Assembly (NCBI GenBank): GCA_963734545.1
Contig: CAVTHO010000004.1
Location: forward strand, 64,001 to 128,000
Reading direction: 5' to 3'
DNA length: 64,000 nt
DNA from: an uncultured Spirochaetota bacterium
GTDB lineage: Bacteria; Spirochaetota; Spirochaetia; SZUA-6; Fen-1364
A program made the translations under genes and the position numbers. Shown here one piece after another: positions 11,274 through 20,811 of this stretch (its first letter is position 1; each line of letters begins with the position of its first letter). Below the pieces are notes generated by a model, which made no database searches, was not told where the DNA came from, and saw only the letters and a list, made by a program, of their open reading frames with translations.

Positions 11274-13040
11274 ATGCTTGCCAAGCGGTTCACGAATCGG
11301 CTGCTGCTCGCCAACCTCGGGATCCTTCTCGCGCTCCTGGTCTGCGGGGGCCTGGGCCTGTCTTTTGTCCTCGGCGGCTTTCTTCGCGCTGACTTCCGGA
11401 CCCAGCAGGGATATCGCGTCGACAAGATGGCGGAACAGCTTGACAGCGTCCTGGACGAGATGAATCGCCTGTCGATATCCATCCTCGCCTCCCGCCGGAT
11501 CAGTGACATCATGCTCGGCATACCGCGGGACGACAGGAACAATTACTTCCTGATCCATCCTGCCACCCGGTACGAGGTCCTCAACCTGCTCCTGTCCTAC
11601 ACCGCCCTCAAGCCGCTCAAAGGCCGTATCTGCCTGGTCTCGGACAAGGGCGACCTCCTGGACCTTTCGAACCAGCAGGACGCGATGGCCTTCACCAAGC
11701 CTGAGCTCTCGCACATCACGGTCACGAGGGAGGCGGTGCTGGGTGACGAGCCCAAGGCCTTCCTGCCGCCGGGACCTGAACCCTGGTCCCGCCGGCATGC
11801 GGCGGTCATCGCCCTGGTCCGGCGTCTGCAGGATGCGGAACAACGATATGGCTGGCTGGAGATCAACGAGCAGGTCGAGTCCCTCAAATGGATATGGGAG
11901 TCGCGCGGCAACGCTACGCCCGCGCGGGTCGGCCTTTACGATATGGCTGGAACCCTGCTCTACGCCAACTTCAACGGAGCGCCGAGCACCGCCGCGGAGC
12001 TTTCGAACGGGCGGCGCCTGCCTTCCGGAGGAGCGATGGTTTTCATGGCCGAACTCGCCAACGCCGACTGGAGGCTCGCATATTTCGCCGACTCCAAGGG
12101 CCACGAGCTGCTCACGGGCCAGACCATGGGAATCCTCGCCGCGATCCTGCTGGCCTCCTTTGTCCTGATGGCGCTCTTTTCCTGGCTGGCTCTCACGCGC
12201 GTCACGAGGCCGGTACGAAAGCTCACCGACGAGGTTCGGGGCATCACGAGCCTGAACCAGGATTTCAGACCGCCCGACCTGCGCGCGCCGGAGGAGGTCG
12301 CGATCCTGACCCGCGCCTTCCAGGACCTCATCGTCTCTCTCCGGAGGGAGCACGAGGCCCGGCTCCGTCTCCAGGGACAGGAGATGAGCGCGAGGATGGC
12401 GGCCCTGCAGGCCCAGCTCAATCCGCACTTCGTGTTCAACACCCTGACCTGCATCGCGGCCTACGGGAAGAAGCGCGATGGCGCGACCGTGCAGCGGATG
12501 TGCAAGGATCTCACCGCCATGCTCCGTTATTCCCTTCAGAACTCGAATGAGTCGGCGACCATCGACCAGGAACTCGACCAGGCAGAGGGCTATCTCGCTC
12601 TCATGAGCAAGCGCTACGCGCAGTACCTCGAGTATCGGGTCGGTCGGTTCCCGGAGGCGTCCCGGATTCCCGTCCCGCGCCTGCTTCTTCAGCCCGTCAT
12701 CGAGAACTGCTTCGTACATGGCTTCGCCGATACCCCCGGACCCTGGCAGGTCGAAGTCTGCTCCGGCCTGCAAGGGGACAATTGGGAAGTGTCAGTGAAG
12801 GATTCCGGCGGGGGAATGGACGCCGACCGTGTACGGCGCCTTCTTGCCGAGTTTGAGGCGGCGCTGGCCGAGGAATCACCGAGCGTCTTCGACCGCGACT
12901 TCTCGCGCGGCAAGCTCGGCCTCCTCAGCACTTTCGCGCGCCTTCGTGCGCTCTACGGGGAACGGGCGGCTTTCTCTTTGGAAAGCACCGAGGGAACGGG
13001 CCTCCTCGTACGCATCGGGGGGCCGCATGGCCTTGCTTGA
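11274..13040 (+). CDS. YesM/LytS-type sensor histidine kinase
   Basis: ALQAQLNPHFVFNTL, LLQPVIENCFVHG, DSGGGM; two TM segments plus HAMP. Confidence 0.9.
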   Translation: MLAKRFTNRLLLANLGILLALLVCGGLGLSFVLGGFLRADFRTQQGYRVDKMAEQLDSVLDEMNRLSISILASRRISDIMLGIPRDDRNNYFLIHPATRYEVLNLLLSYTALKPLKGRICLVSDKGDLLDLSNQQDAMAFTKPELSHITVTREAVLGDEPKAFLPPGPEPWSRRHAAVIALVRRLQDAEQRYGWLEINEQVESLKWIWESRGNATPARVGLYDMAGTLLYANFNGAPSTAAELSNGRRLPSGGAMVFMAELANADWRLAYFADSKGHELLTGQTMGILAAILLASFVLMALFSWLALTRVTRPVRKLTDEVRGITSLNQDFRPPDLRAPEEVAILTRAFQDLIVSLRREHEARLRLQGQEMSARMAALQAQLNPHFVFNTLTCIAAYGKKRDGATVQRMCKDLTAMLRYSLQNSNESATIDQELDQAEGYLALMSKRYAQYLEYRVGRFPEASRIPVPRLLLQPVIENCFVHGFADTPGPWQVEVCSGLQGDNWEVSVKDSGGGMDADRVRRLLAEFEAALAEESPSVFDRDFSRGKLGLLSTFARLRALYGERAAFSLESTEGTGLLVRIGGPHGLA

Positions 13041-13770
13041 GGTCTTCATCGCCGAGGACGAGCCTCCCATCGCCGAAATGATCGCGTCCATGGTGGACGA
13101 GTCGCCTTCCGGTTTCCGAACTGCTTTCGTCGCGCACGACGGCAGGAGCATGCTGGACCGGCTTGCAGCCAATAGACCGGATCTCCTCCTCGCTGACATC
13201 AGGATGCCGGTCATGGGCGGCCTCGAGCTCATCGAGGCCGCGAGGCGGCTCCATCCCGACCTGCCCTGCGTCATAATCACGAGCCATTCCGATTTCGAGT
13301 ACGCCCGCGCAGCCATCAGGGCGGGGGCCATGGACTACATCCTGAAAACCTGCCTGCCCGAGAGCCTCGACGAGGTGCTTCTTCGCGTGCGGCAATCACT
13401 CGGGCTCGAAGCGCTTGCAGACCACGTGCCGGACGCGCGCCTGGACACGGGGGCGCGGCTCAAGAAGCATCTGGACCAGATCGTCCGCAGTCCCTTTGAT
13501 CTCCGGGATGTCGCGGAAGCCTGGGGCTATAATTCCCTGTATTTATCCCGGGCTTTCAAAGCCCTTGTCGGCATCTCCCCTAAGCGCTACCACACGAAGG
13601 CCAAGATCGATCTCGTTATCACAATGATGAAGAAGGATCGTCGGCTCCTCCTCAAGGAGGCCGCCTCCGTTATTCATTTCGATGACGAGCTCTACCTGGC
13701 GAAGGTGTTCAGAAAAGAGACCGGCATGAGCTTTTCTGAATTCAGGCGGAAACTGGATGATGGGGGGTGA
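13027..13770 (+). CDS. YesN-type response regulator (REC + AraC)
   Basis: IAEDE, DIRMPVMGGLEL, YLAKVFRKETGMSFSEFR. Confidence 0.9.
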   Translation: MALLEVFIAEDEPPIAEMIASMVDESPSGFRTAFVAHDGRSMLDRLAANRPDLLLADIRMPVMGGLELIEAARRLHPDLPCVIITSHSDFEYARAAIRAGAMDYILKTCLPESLDEVLLRVRQSLGLEALADHVPDARLDTGARLKKHLDQIVRSPFDLRDVAEAWGYNSLYLSRAFKALVGISPKRYHTKAKIDLVITMMKKDRRLLLKEAASVIHFDDELYLAKVFRKETGMSFSEFRRKLDDGG

Positions 13771-15100
13771 TCCAGTGCCAGAGGGCCGCGGGGCACGAAC
13801 CGAATGGTTCATGAGGTCACGGTTCGGAATGTTCATCCATTGGGGACTGTATGCGATCCCGGCCAAGGGCGAATGGATCCGCAGCCAGGCACGGATGACC
13901 GAGGAGTCGTACCGCGAGTATTTCGACTCTTTCGATCCCGTGGACTGCGACCCGCGGGTATGGGCTCGCCTTGCGAAGAAAGCAGGGATGAAATACGCGG
14001 TTTTCACGGCGAAGCACCACGACGGGTTTTGCCTCTTCGAAAGCGCCTTCACTGATTACAAATCGACCGTCACGAAGGCTGGCCGCGACTTCGTCGCTGA
14101 ATATGTCGAAGCCTTCCGCGCCGAGGATCTTGAAGTCGGACTCTATTACTCGCTGATTGACTGGCACCACCCCGATTATCCGCACTGGGGAGATCGCCAT
14201 CATCCCCAGCGCGATGACGCTGCGTTTCAGGGCCACCACCACGACTTCGGCCGCTACCTCGACTATCTCCACGGCCAGGTCAAGGAATTATGCAGCAACT
14301 ATGGGAAACTCTCGATCCTCTGGTTCGATTTCTCCTATGACGCGCTCACAGGTGAGGCATGGCATGCCACCGACCTCGTGCGGATGGTTCGCTCCCTCCA
14401 GCCCTCGGTGATCATCGACAACCGCCTCGAGGCCTCCGGTGAGACTCTCGGTTCGATCGTAGGAGGCGAGCCAGGGGAGTACGCGGGCGACTTCGCCTCT
14501 CCCGAGCAGATCATTCCACCCGAAGGCGTGCGGGACGCGCGGGGACGCCCGCTTCCCTGGGAGGCCTGCGTCACGATGAACAACCATTGGGGCTACGCGG
14601 CTGCCGACCACGCCTGGAAGCCGCCACGCCAGCTCCTGCGCAAGCTCGTTGAATGCGTCTCCAAGGGCGGAAACCTCATCCTTAACATCGGGCCGGACGC
14701 CCGTGGCGCAATCCCGCCCGAATCCACGCGCAGCCTCGAGCACATCGGCTCCTGGCTCGCCGCAAATGGGGCGAGCATCTACGGATGCGGCGCGAGCGGC
14801 TTTCCCAAGCCCGAGTGGGGATACTTCACGAAAAATGGCCAGAAGCTCTTCGCCCACGTCTTTGAGCCGCCCATCGGATCCCTTGCCCTCCCCGGTCTTG
14901 GCGGCGGAAGGATTGCGCGCATGCGCCTGCTCAAAGACGGATCTGAGCTCCGTGAAAACGACGCCTGGAACACGAAGATCTTTGCGAATAACGCCTTCGT
15001 GAACTTCGCCGAACCGGCCGATTTCACCTTCCCTCTCCCCGATGAAGACGACACCGTCATCGAAATCGAGCTGCGAGAGCTGACGCTGCCGCATGAGTGA
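13757..15100 (+). CDS. Alpha-L-fucosidase (GH29)
   Basis: RFGMFIHWGLY, TAKHHDGFCLF, LWFD, SKGGNLILNIGP. Confidence 0.93.
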   Translation: MMGGDPVPEGRGARTEWFMRSRFGMFIHWGLYAIPAKGEWIRSQARMTEESYREYFDSFDPVDCDPRVWARLAKKAGMKYAVFTAKHHDGFCLFESAFTDYKSTVTKAGRDFVAEYVEAFRAEDLEVGLYYSLIDWHHPDYPHWGDRHHPQRDDAAFQGHHHDFGRYLDYLHGQVKELCSNYGKLSILWFDFSYDALTGEAWHATDLVRMVRSLQPSVIIDNRLEASGETLGSIVGGEPGEYAGDFASPEQIIPPEGVRDARGRPLPWEACVTMNNHWGYAAADHAWKPPRQLLRKLVECVSKGGNLILNIGPDARGAIPPESTRSLEHIGSWLAANGASIYGCGASGFPKPEWGYFTKNGQKLFAHVFEPPIGSLALPGLGGGRIARMRLLKDGSELRENDAWNTKIFANNAFVNFAEPADFTFPLPDEDDTVIEIELRELTLPHE

Positions 15101-15200
15101 AAATGTTGGTGCCAGAAGAGCCTTTCAGACAACGCCGCGATTGCTCTTGAACGTCAGCCCAGTTGATTTGGGGGACACGGGACCGGCTCGAACAGGCTTC

Positions 15201-15297
15201 TCAAACAGCCAACAAAGCAGGTGTCTCCTCGATCTTGTGCTCGTAGCAGTAGGTTCGAAGCTCGTCCAATAGGGGAAGCGACGGTTGAGTCGAACGG
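15201..15297. repeat. att-like junction J4
   Basis: 15201-15279 matches 7765-7843 at 64/79 by hand count. The right flank GACGG..GAGTCGAACGG matches J2's right flank. Confidence 0.85.
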
Positions 15298-15348
15298 GCT
15301 CGCAGGTCTGACCACCGGCGAGCTCGTTTCGTTCCCGGGCGTGATCGC

Positions 15349-15546
15349 CTACTTCCGTTCAATCGCCAACACGAGCTGCTTGACGATCTTGGGGTGCAGG
15401 TCTTTCCTCGAATGGAAAGGAATGACAAACCTTTTCTGGTCCCGCATGTAGATCCTGTGGCTCCCCTTCGCGCGAACAAACGCGAAGCCATGTTGAAGCA
15501 ATAGGCGCTCCGCCTCGTCCGCCGTCAGACGCGGAAGCCTAGGCAA
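15349..15546 (-). CDS. hicA: HicA toxin
   Basis: MPRLPRLTADEAERLLLQHGF...KGSHRIY...IPFH. Confidence 0.88.
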   Translation of the reverse strand: MPRLPRLTADEAERLLLQHGFAFVRAKGSHRIYMRDQKRFVIPFHSRKDLHPKIVKQLVLAIERK

Positions 15547-15762
15547 TATTCACCTCGACAGACGTTGTGAGGATCTCCTTGCTGAGACGCCGCTTGCGTT
15601 CCTCAACATCCATCGTCTCAGATAAAGCTCAACCGCTTCGCGAATGTTCGCCATCACTTCTTCGAGGGTGGTGCCTTGAGTGTGGCAGCCCTCGAGCTCC
15701 GGCGCGTAGGCGTAGTACCCCTCTTCATCCGTCTCTATAACTACGTTGACTTTGTATGACAC
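15539..15762 (-). CDS. hicB: HicB antitoxin (one apparent frameshift)
   Basis: VVIETDEEGYYAYAPELEGCHTQGTTLEEVMANIREAVELYL; the tail KEILTTSVEVNIA is in another frame. Confidence 0.82.
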
Positions 15763-15799
15763 AGGCGTTCCTTTCTCTTTCATTCCTCGACACCCCAAG

Positions 15800-16019
15800 A
15801 AGGGGAGAGCGAGACTTCTCCTCCGACCGCCATGCCGCGTAGGAGAGAGCCGCTGAGATGTCTTCCCTCTCGAGGTATGGACATTCTTTGAGGATTTCCG
15901 ATTGGGTGTGACCGGACGCCAGGAGCCCTACAAGTGCTAACGGACACCCTCAGGCCGCGGATGCACGGCTTGCCACCGAGGACTCCCGGATCTTGCGTGA
16001 TTCTTTCCAAATGAGGCAT
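15800..16019 (-). pseudogene. DUF433 family gene, frameshifted, no partner toxin
   Basis: ERITQDPGVLGGKPCIRGLRVSV, then in a shifted frame LLASGHTQSEILKECPYLEREDISAALSYAAW. Confidence 0.75.
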
Positions 16020-16175
16020 CGCAGACTTCCCCCGAGTGATGATACACAATAGCTCCGCACCTCTCAACGGCCCTATATGACTGCGGCCACCAAGGTGCAA
16101 CTGAAGACTGGCGGCTTCAGTTCCTGAGCTTCCAAACGTTGTCGGCGGCTACTTTCCCAGCCGAGCCGAACAACG

Positions 16176-16248
16176 TCCTCGATCAACGGCACCGATAGGA
16201 GTGTTAACGACCCGGCCGCCCGTTCGACTCGGGCCGGGGGAGCGAAGA
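16176..16248 (+). repeat. att-like junction J5: diverged tRNA-Asn 3' half
   Basis: TCCTCGATCA-N15-GTGTTAAC...GTTCGA...CCGGGGGAGC, with the same spacing as J2. Confidence 0.8.
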
Positions 16249-16265
16249 GGAACACACTCGAACGG

Positions 16266-16301
16266 AGCGCTTTCTGGGTCACACTGGAAAGCGCTGTTTT
16301 T
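16266..16301 (+). terminator. Terminator-like hairpin after J5
   Basis: AGCGCTTTC...GAAAGCGCT, then GTTTTT. Confidence 0.6.
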
Positions 16302-16415
16302 ACGCCTCCCTCCTGCAACAGGAGGCAGGCGATCAGGCCTGCGAGGGCTGGCTTCTTCTCCTCCTCTGAACTCTGAGAAAACGATCAGAATCTTGGTCAC
16401 CAGGCCCTGGCAGGG

Positions 16416-16463
16416 CCTCACCAAAACCTCGTTGTCCTTGGGAGTAGGTTTTTCCACTTCCTC
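16416..16463 (-). pseudogene. Tiny relic of an MDR alcohol dehydrogenase/quinone reductase N-terminus
   Basis: EEVEKPTPKDNEVLVR; no continuation. Confidence 0.45.
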
Positions 16464-16510
16464 CCCTCGGCAGGCTCGTTGCTTCGGCCGCCCAGCGGCC
16501 TCGCGGCGAC

Positions 16511-16804
16511 GTGCTCCGGGAGTACCAGAAGGTGCTCATGGATGCGCTGGCGCTGGCGGCGACGGTGAGAAAGAACGTCAACGTGCTCCCGCACAGCATG
16601 GGGTACTTCAAGAAGGTCCTGACCGCGGATGAGAAAGCCGAGCTCACCGAGGTGATCGTCCAGTACCACCAGGGCCTGGTGCCGCTCATCGTGCCCGTCG
16701 TTCTGCTTCGCCACCACGCCCGCAAGTACGCCGAGCCGTACCTGCTGCGCCAGCTCTATCTCAACCCGTATCCTGCCGAGCTGATGCTGCGAAACCACGC
16801 GTAG
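16511..16804 (+). pseudogene. YbgA/DUF1722 C-terminal fragment (5'-truncated)
   Basis: NVLPHSMGYFKK...YHQGLVPL...YLLRQLYLNPYPAELMLRNHA; the N-terminal part is absent. Confidence 0.75.
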
Positions 16805-16805
16805 G

Positions 16806-18176
16806 TCAGGGTCCTTCCGTCTCTTCGACGGAACGGAGATACGCGGCCATGTCGAACTTCCTTTTCAAGCCTGAGTCGTTCATGTACCGCACGTTTCCGA
16901 AAATCGGCTTCCTGCCCCACGGCCTGTCGTGCAGCCCGAAGCACCATGCCACCCCGGCGAAAGAGCAGGGGTCCCGGCCGTCGAGGAACCAGCGGTTGTT
17001 CAGTCGGAGCGCTTCGTGGAAGCCGTCCTGCGGGCTGGGGCTCCATTCCAGGATCTTCTTGCCCCAGTACATCCTCATGTACCCGTGCAGCCGGCCCGTG
17101 CGCTTCATCCGGTTCATGGCTGCGTTCCAGAACGGGTCGTGCGTTGCCGCACCCTCCAGCTGCGAGGGCGTGTACAGGAACGGCCGCGGATCGCCGGCGT
17201 GAGCGCCCAGGGTCTCGCGCGCCCACACGGGCAGACAGGACCACTGGTCATAGTCAGTGGAGTGCTCGACGAAGTTCACGGCAAGTTCACGCCGGACGAT
17301 GAGCTGTTCCAGGAACGCGGCGCGGGCGCCTTCCGACGCGTGACGCGCGCGGGCCACGGTGAGCGCGATTCTTACCGGTGAGATCTGGCCGAAGTGGAGG
17401 TACGGGCTCAGCCCCGACTGCGTGCCCAGATTGGGGTCATGTCTCTCGCTGCCGTAGTAGGGAAGCTTCTTCGAGACGAACGAGCGCAGGAGGGAGAGTG
17501 CTTCACGCGTTCCTCCGGTGCCGCCCAGGGACGGGGCGACAGCCGGAACGCTCCTGTCCACCCGCAGGTCGACGAGAAGGCCCGAATCCAGCGAGCGCAC
17601 GGCGTGGGCCACGGAAATGCCCAGGGAGTCCTTCTTCGGGCGCGGAGAACGGTGGACGCGCAGGCAGGTCTCTAACTGCCGATGAATCCTGGGGCGAAGA
17701 GTCGCGGCTGACCATTCCCGCTTCGCGGAGGCGCTGTCCACGGGCACCACGACGTCGCCTTCCACCTCGAGCACCCGGCAGGTGCTGCGCTCCGCGACCG
17801 CGCGACGCCACTCCTTCTGGTGACGAAGGTAGCCGCGGTCGCACACCACGAGAGCCGCTGCGCGTGACGCGGAGAGGGCCGCTTCGGGCGGCGTCCCCGG
17901 GACGACCGCGAGCTGCACGCCGCGCTCCTCCAGCGATTCCCTGGTCTCCCGAAGGCCTTCCAGCATGAACGCGAAATGTCTCAGGTTGGCTTCGGGATAT
18001 GAGACGTCCAGGCCCAGGACGCAGAGCACCGGCAGGGAGAGTTCGTTTGCCTGCTCCACGGCGACATCCAGCGCGGGGTTGTCCTCGGCTCTCTGGGAGG
18101 CCTGCATCCAGTACAGCACGTACCGTCCCCGGCCTACCGCGGCATTGTTGAGGGCCCGTGTTCGCTCTTCGTGCAT
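16806..18176 (-). CDS. phrB: Deoxyribodipyrimidine photolyase (class II-like CPD)
   Basis: YVLYWMQASQRAEDNPAL, SGLSPYLHFGQIS, THDPFWNAA, HGYMRMYWGKKILEW, LDGRDP. Confidence 0.93.
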   Translation of the reverse strand: MHEERTRALNNAAVGRGRYVLYWMQASQRAEDNPALDVAVEQANELSLPVLCVLGLDVSYPEANLRHFAFMLEGLRETRESLEERGVQLAVVPGTPPEAALSASRAAALVVCDRGYLRHQKEWRRAVAERSTCRVLEVEGDVVVPVDSASAKREWSAATLRPRIHRQLETCLRVHRSPRPKKDSLGISVAHAVRSLDSGLLVDLRVDRSVPAVAPSLGGTGGTREALSLLRSFVSKKLPYYGSERHDPNLGTQSGLSPYLHFGQISPVRIALTVARARHASEGARAAFLEQLIVRRELAVNFVEHSTDYDQWSCLPVWARETLGAHAGDPRPFLYTPSQLEGAATHDPFWNAAMNRMKRTGRLHGYMRMYWGKKILEWSPSPQDGFHEALRLNNRWFLDGRDPCSFAGVAWCFGLHDRPWGRKPIFGNVRYMNDSGLKRKFDMAAYLRSVEETEGP

Positions 18177-18204
18177 CTCGCCTCACCCGCGCGCCGCAGA
18201 CGAT

Positions 18205-18732
18205 TCAACGAACCGCTTTCAGGCCGCGTGAAATCTCCACTGCCCCTTCCTCCGAGAAGCGCCCCATCGCTCGCGCGAGGATCTCGCCCGAGGGGGTCAC
18301 GACGAACACCGCTATCTGTTTCGTGTCCCGCAGGCCCAGGGCGCGCGTGAACTCCTTGACGTCGATATACAAGGTGATCGTCGCGGCACGGGCAGTCCGG
18401 TCCGTGATCCCCGATCTCATGCCGTTGTCGATGATGAAGCGCATGAAGACATAGGACCGCGCCATCGTGGGAAGCTCCCACGTGGCCAGGGAGGGGTTCT
18501 CGGACTTCAGCGACTGGACGAACGTGCGCCATGAGTCCACGTCGTCCTGTTGCTTCATTTCAAAGGCCACGAACACCAGGCTGGCAGGGCCGGGAAAATC
18601 GCCCGGAAGGCTGACGTCACGTCCATTCAAGTCCTGGCCGCTTGTCTTCGGGAAAAGCCGCTGGGCGTCGTCCTGCGCATGCGCCCCGAGGGCCGCCAGG
18701 AGGAGGGCGACAATGGGCTGTCCGCGTTTCAT
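18205..18732 (-). CDS. Exported thioredoxin-fold/ATP10-like protein
   Basis: Signal peptide; FPKTSGQDLNGRDVSLPGDF...VAFEMKQQDDVDSW...IDNGMRSGI. Confidence 0.6.
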   Translation of the reverse strand: MKRGQPIVALLLAALGAHAQDDAQRLFPKTSGQDLNGRDVSLPGDFPGPASLVFVAFEMKQQDDVDSWRTFVQSLKSENPSLATWELPTMARSYVFMRFIIDNGMRSGITDRTARAATITLYIDVKEFTRALGLRDTKQIAVFVVTPSGEILARAMGRFSEEGAVEISRGLKAVR

Positions 18733-20027
18733 CAGAACTCCACCCGCACCTGCAGTTCCGCCGTCAGGGAGTTGTTCCCCGTTATGTACGTGAAGGCCTT
18801 GTTCGCCCCCCCGCCTGCCCAGCTGAGGCTGAAGGTGAAAGGCGGCACTCGGGGAAGGTCGATGGACGTCGACAGCCTGCTGAGAAACGACTGGTCGGAA
18901 ACATCCACGAACCCGGCAATCGTTGCGCTCACCCCGTCAACGAACAGGTGCTTCCGGGTCAGGGCAGCATAGGAATACAGCTTGCCGACGTAGAAGGGGG
19001 TGAACAGCTGCGCCGCGGCCAGGGCGGGGTAGCTCGAGACGTCCGAGGTGCCGGCGTCGTTATAGAAAAGCTCCCCCGCGACGCTCCAGTAGCTCAGCTC
19101 ACCGAAGGTCCGCTGGAAGCCGACCGACGACGCCCAGGTGAACGCCGAGCCGCCGGTCGGGATGCCCGCGCTGAGCTCACCGTACAAGTCGAACCCCAGT
19201 ATCCTGCCGGAAAAGTCGAAGCCGACCTGGCTCTGGATTCCGAAGCCTGTGATGCCCGTCACGGCAAGCTCGACACCCAGGACCGTGAGGTCCCACCGGG
19301 CGGCGAGGTTCGTCGTGCGGACCGGGTCGTTGACGGTCCCCGACGTCACGGTGCCGGACATGTCGGCAAAGATGAAAAGGTTGCTGATGCCCGCCGGCAC
19401 CGTGATCCGCACCCCCGGCTTGCCCACGCGCAGGTCGAGGGCGGCCAGCGGGTTCACCCGCTGGAGGTTGACGAAGTCCACCGGGGTCCAGATCACTGAT
19501 GGCCCCCACGCCAGGAGCTGGTTGCCGATGCGAAAGAACACCTTCTGCGCGATGTCCAGGCTGATGTAGAACTCCGCGAGCTGGTAGCTCGCCCCGAAGA
19601 GGTCACCTGCGGACTGCGAAAGGAGCGGGCCGACGGGACCGAACGGGGTGCCCGGGACGGTGCCGGCGGCGCCCTGGTAGAGACTCTTTGAATAGTTGTA
19701 GGCCAGGTAGGCGGCACCATAATCCGGAACGGTTACCTTCACAAAGGCTTTGCCGGAAAACGATCCCCCGCCGCCGTAGCCGCTGAAATCGGTGGTTGTC
19801 GTAACCGAGGTGTCCCACAGGAGGTTCCCCCCGAGCTGGGTCTCCAGCTTCGCCTTCTGCTCCTCCTGCTTGCTTTGCTGGACGTTCTGGTCGAACGCCG
19901 AGGTGTCGAACACGTCCTGACCCGACTCCTGGCCATTCGCGGCGGCGAGAACCGTGAGAAGGAGCACCAGCGCGATGCCGAACGGGGTGCCGGAAGCCGC
20001 CCGGGAGGTCCGCACGAGTCGCCTCAT
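18732..20027 (-). CDS. Putative outer-membrane beta-barrel protein
   Basis: Signal peptide, RIGNQLLAWG, alternating beta strands, terminal F (LQVRVEF). Confidence 0.65.
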   Translation of the reverse strand: MRRLVRTSRAASGTPFGIALVLLLTVLAAANGQESGQDVFDTSAFDQNVQQSKQEEQKAKLETQLGGNLLWDTSVTTTTDFSGYGGGGSFSGKAFVKVTVPDYGAAYLAYNYSKSLYQGAAGTVPGTPFGPVGPLLSQSAGDLFGASYQLAEFYISLDIAQKVFFRIGNQLLAWGPSVIWTPVDFVNLQRVNPLAALDLRVGKPGVRITVPAGISNLFIFADMSGTVTSGTVNDPVRTTNLAARWDLTVLGVELAVTGITGFGIQSQVGFDFSGRILGFDLYGELSAGIPTGGSAFTWASSVGFQRTFGELSYWSVAGELFYNDAGTSDVSSYPALAAAQLFTPFYVGKLYSYAALTRKHLFVDGVSATIAGFVDVSDQSFLSRLSTSIDLPRVPPFTFSLSWAGGGANKAFTYITGNNSLTAELQVRVEF

Positions 20028-20794
20028 CTGGATTTCTCCTCGAGGTAGGCCTTTGTGAACGTGTAGTCGGGAATGGGGGCCGTGGAGATGTTCTCGTTGG
20101 TGAGGAACGTCTGCTGCCCCTGTTCCAGGTTGTTGACCGCGAGGAGCTTGGTGAAGAGTGACTTGCCGTTTCCCAGGCTCTTGTATTCGATGAAGTAGTA
20201 GGTCACCAGGAGCGTCTCGGACACCGAGAGGTTCTCCACCTTCACCGGCAGCCCGTCGGACTTCCGCACGTACCACTTCTGCACCGGGTAGGAGACGTCG
20301 GGCACTTTCGCGTCCAGCCGGACCACCGCGCACTCCCACTTGGAGACCCGGGCCGTGCCGCCGGACGAAGCGGTGTACTGCTCCAGGATCTTCTGGCGGC
20401 CGAAAAGGTCCGTGCGGGCGTCCGTTGACCCGATATTGTCCTTGCGGTTCTTGTACACGAACTCCCTGGTCGAAGGGAGGTAGAAGTACAGGTCGTCGCC
20501 CCTGCGCAGGTATCCTTTTCCCTTCTCGCTGTCAGGATACTGGAAGAGGATGGTGTACATGTCCGCGCCGTCGCGGCGGAAGGTCTGCACGCGCAGCACA
20601 CGGTCCGTCTCCCCGGACTTCTTCTGCACGAGGGTGAATGTGGTGGTGACGTCCAGCCCGTCCGTGTTCAGCTGTGATTCCCACCCCCTCGCAATCTGCT
20701 CGGCCGCGGGGTCGGAGGGGGGCGCGGCGGAGAACGCGAATGACGCCGCTCCCAGGAACAGGAGGATCGTTGTCCTTCGAACAGAGCTCTTCAT
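20024..20794 (-). CDS. LolA-like outer membrane lipoprotein-sorting protein
   Basis: ILFQYPDSEKGKGYLRRGDDLYFYLP...IPDYTFTKAYLE. Confidence 0.8.
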   Translation of the reverse strand: MKSSVRRTTILLFLGAASFAFSAAPPSDPAAEQIARGWESQLNTDGLDVTTTFTLVQKKSGETDRVLRVQTFRRDGADMYTILFQYPDSEKGKGYLRRGDDLYFYLPSTREFVYKNRKDNIGSTDARTDLFGRQKILEQYTASSGGTARVSKWECAVVRLDAKVPDVSYPVQKWYVRKSDGLPVKVENLSVSETLLVTYYFIEYKSLGNGKSLFTKLLAVNNLEQGQQTFLTNENISTAPIPDYTFTKAYLEEKSR

Positions 20795-20811
20795 GGTCTC
20801 AGACTCCTTTT

